Positions 60,957 through 64,000 of a stretch of DNA of 64,000 nt are shown here, piece after piece. Position numbers and translations under genes: made by a program. Source of the DNA: Bispira polyomma (taxonomy: Eukaryota); contig OZ287749.1 in the NCBI GenBank assembly GCA_965649765.1, positions 7,936,001 to 8,000,000 on the forward strand, read 5' to 3'. The notes beneath the pieces were generated by a model. It was not told where the DNA came from, ran no database searches, and saw only the letters and a program-made list of their open reading frames with translations. Position 1 is the first letter of the stretch, and every line of letters begins with the position of its first letter.

Positions 60957-63015
60957 TTTGTAACATGTAAGAATCCAAGTGTAGAGACAATTACCGTTTA
61001 CCACAAAAAGCCATACCATATGTGTAGATCATGTTTAACACTGTTTCTTCATGACTGGCTTACCTAATTGAATGTGTTGTCAAATTCCGTTGTATTAGCC
61101 ATGTTTAAGGCTCTAAGGTTTTACCAAATCACATATTGTTTAGAGGTTTACCTTTCTACTTGCTTCAATGAATCTATGAAAAAGTACCAAAGGCTCTTAT
61201 TCTTCAACAGAAAAAATATTGAACCAATTGTCCATCTATTTTTTTTTTTTTTTTTGCAATGTACTATTTCATCTACAATATATATGATCTCAGATGTGTA
61301 TTACAAATTTTATATAGCACAACATAACATTTAATATTTGAAATACTTCATCAATTTTATACATATAGTTGACCATGCAGTCCCGTGTCTCTCTGGAACA
61401 TTCACTATTTAGAAAATTTATATTTTGATTATCTTGTATATTTTTTTCTTTAAAAATAGCAATTAGATTTCATACCAACACGCTTTTCTCATTTTGTGAA
61501 ATATATACACTCCTACTTTTCCATAGTTGATAAAACAGATTTTCTTTATTTGCTAATTTGGCAAAATATTTCTCGTCTGTGAGCACTTGCTCTAAGGTAT
61601 AATTGAGGCTTCTAAGATTGAGTTCCTGACTATATTGATATGTATCAAATATAGATGCTTTTCGCAACTAGAATAAAAACATATTAATAGGAATTCTAAT
61701 ATGGTCTGTAAATTGATATCCAAATAAAATTATAAATGGAGTCAACTTTATTTCAAATTTTACTGAATCTTATTATCTTACTAGGTATATTAAAGAGCTA
61801 GAGTCATGAAAAGGCTAATATAAGTTTAGCAGGATATCCCAGAGACTTTTATATGTATTTCAGCACAAAAAAACCCAACTAAATATGTTCAACTGAGATG
61901 TTTTATTGTGCATTTGTGGGTGACTCATGGTAACCAAAAAACCCCTAAAGTTCTCCACACGCACACTGTTTTCCTCGGTAACCTTTTCCTAGGCTATATA
62001 TAGGTTTAAAATCAAGTGAGTCTAATACATTAGAATAAATATAGTTTATTTCCAAAGACGTTAATTGCTGTTTATGGATTAAATACCACCAGGAGTTTAC
62101 AAATAGTAACACTTAGTGAATACCATTTTTTGACAGATATTGGGAGAGTTTTAAAACTATTTTCGTGGAATTGTGTCCACAAGTGCATTTTACCACCTAT
62201 ATTTACAAAATATGTAAACTTTCAATGTTTGAATATTTTAAACTTATTTTTGTGAAGTGTTTGTATACAAATAGTGTCATTCTTCGAAAAGACGGAGTGT
62301 TGTGGCTCAGTCAAGCCAGTTGCACTCTCCAAGAAAAATCCCAGTACTTTGTCATCACTTACGTCAGTCTGGTTAATGTTATATATATTACACCTTTGCC
62401 CCTTTGAAATGTAAATAGAATTATTTTGAACAAAGCCTAACTGTATACACAAACATATAGGGTTGTTCATCCATTGGAAATGGCATGAAAAGTTAAATTA
62501 TTCTTTAGTTTACCAGTGGTTTTATTTGTTTGGTCAAAATCTATTCAATTTGGAACATTGGGGTTAAGATTGTAATCCAATTAATTTGACAAATTTTATT
62601 TCACCACACGGAGGCACAGAAACTGACAAAGCTAGAAGGTGGAACTAGGAGTCAACTGGGATATAGTCATCAACTGTGACGTGAGGAAGAATTTATAGTG
62701 TGAGTTTACATCTTTATGTGTTGTCTCGGGTTATATATGGGGTTGACATCCTTGTTAACACCTGCTTATTACTGCTGCTGTAACAGTTATAAGACCCACC
62801 AACGGTTTGACTGGAAATAAATCTTTAAAGACTGCTTTTGAATATGTTATCATTATACTGGCCCATTTAGTGTGTAATTTTAATACCACAATATTCAAGG
62901 AAAAAATATCAATGCTTCTCGGAGATATTAACCATTATATTAAGGATGGGCCTTAGCTAGTGCAGAATCTTATAGCTGTTAGAGCACCAGTTTGTCACAA
63001 GAGGAAGAATTTACG

Positions 63016-63668
63016 GGGGTGGTATATTCACCAAAAGGCTAAGATGGCTTAGCCCTTTATGAATACCACCCTGGGCATGTATTCACTAACATTCTTATAC
63101 TAAGAATAATTTTTATACTTAGAATTATAATTCTAAGAATCGGAATTTTGGTATTCACTAAATTTATAAGATTGTTTTCTTATTTAAGACCTTACGTAAC
63201 TTAAGAAAAAGATATGGCATTATATAGTATATATAATTATATATTTATTTGATGATTATTAATTTAATGAGCAATGAGGGTTTTCTTAAAGCTGGAGTTG
63301 GAAATTTTGTGTCACCTTCTGCAAGAAGATATGGGACCTATTTCACTAACATTCTTACTCTTAAAATTTCTGTTATTCTTAGATGTCCAAGAAAAATTCG
63401 AATTTTAGTTATTTACTAAAATCTTATTCTCCATATTTGAAGATGAGAGTATTGTAAGCAGCGGTCCCACGAATATCATAAAACATGTGTGCCTACATTT
63501 CTATTCACAATTCTCAGCTGAGAAAATTTGTATTCTGAGAATTAATTCTCAGCTAAGAATTGCTTTGTGAATACGATTTAATTCTAAGAATAAGTAAATT
63601 CTTAGATAAGTTTTTTAAGTTGAAGAATAATTCTAAGAATAAGAATGTTATAGTAAATACGGCTCCTG
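63016..63668. mobile_element. Cluster of PIF/Harbinger-like MITEs
   Basis: Short palindrome at 63016-63070, then CTG-GGCATGTATTCACTAA..., arms related to 47268-48001, and an end GTAAATACGGCTC-CTG. Confidence 0.7.
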
Positions 63669-64000
63669 GTGTATAGGAAATCTGTATGTTACACCACAGG
63701 GCATTCAACAGAGATTCGAAGCCACAACTGCATGATGTCATTATTATCTGCTAGGAATAAGGAGGCCTAAGTGAAGGACGAGATATCTAAACATTAATAT
63801 TTGCCGATTAAAGTTGCTTTACAAAAACCCAAGCAAATGTGACCATTTATTTTGTCAGCTTGCTGCTGTATCAAGTTTATTTGAATGATAGTTGTTTTCA
63901 ATCTGTTAAAAAAAGCAGGATATGAATCATGCACACTATTTGCTGATGATATTGAAAGTACAAACACATTATGTGCGTCAACTTTTATCTATTTTATTTC

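Overview
AT-rich animal genomic DNA, probably a lophotrochozoan such as a mollusc (inferred from the SINE and MITE families and the intronless TLRs; not provable here). Bases 375-22002 are a full-length but decayed 21.6-kb Polinton/Maverick (endogenous dsDNA virus-like element). It has ~114-bp terminal inverted repeats and a 6-bp target-site duplication (TSD), CATGAT, and it interrupts the pol gene of a BEL/Pao retrotransposon. Its core genes are on the + strand: protein-primed DNA polymerase B (pPolB), packaging ATPase, integrase, minor capsid remnant, basic core protein, major capsid protein and adenain-type protease. The most notable feature is that the polymerase frame runs past its normal C-terminus, with no stop codon, into a NADAR/YbiA-like domain that the ORF track misses. 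The element also carries an unusually rich accessory set: a tandem-PC4 protein, a RING finger broken by a SINE, two signal-peptide mini-LRR-cap proteins, a spliced type-I membrane protein exon with a VxYxxL motif, and two BIR/IAP genes. The rest of the window holds a decayed Gypsy element with intact 292-bp LTRs, an intact secreted and very acidic LRR gene, a 70-bp minisatellite, SINEs, nested MITEs, LINE and DIRS fragments, and two tandem Toll-like receptor genes (one intact, one pseudogene with a homogenised 3' end). All protein family calls come from motif recognition by eye; no searches were run.
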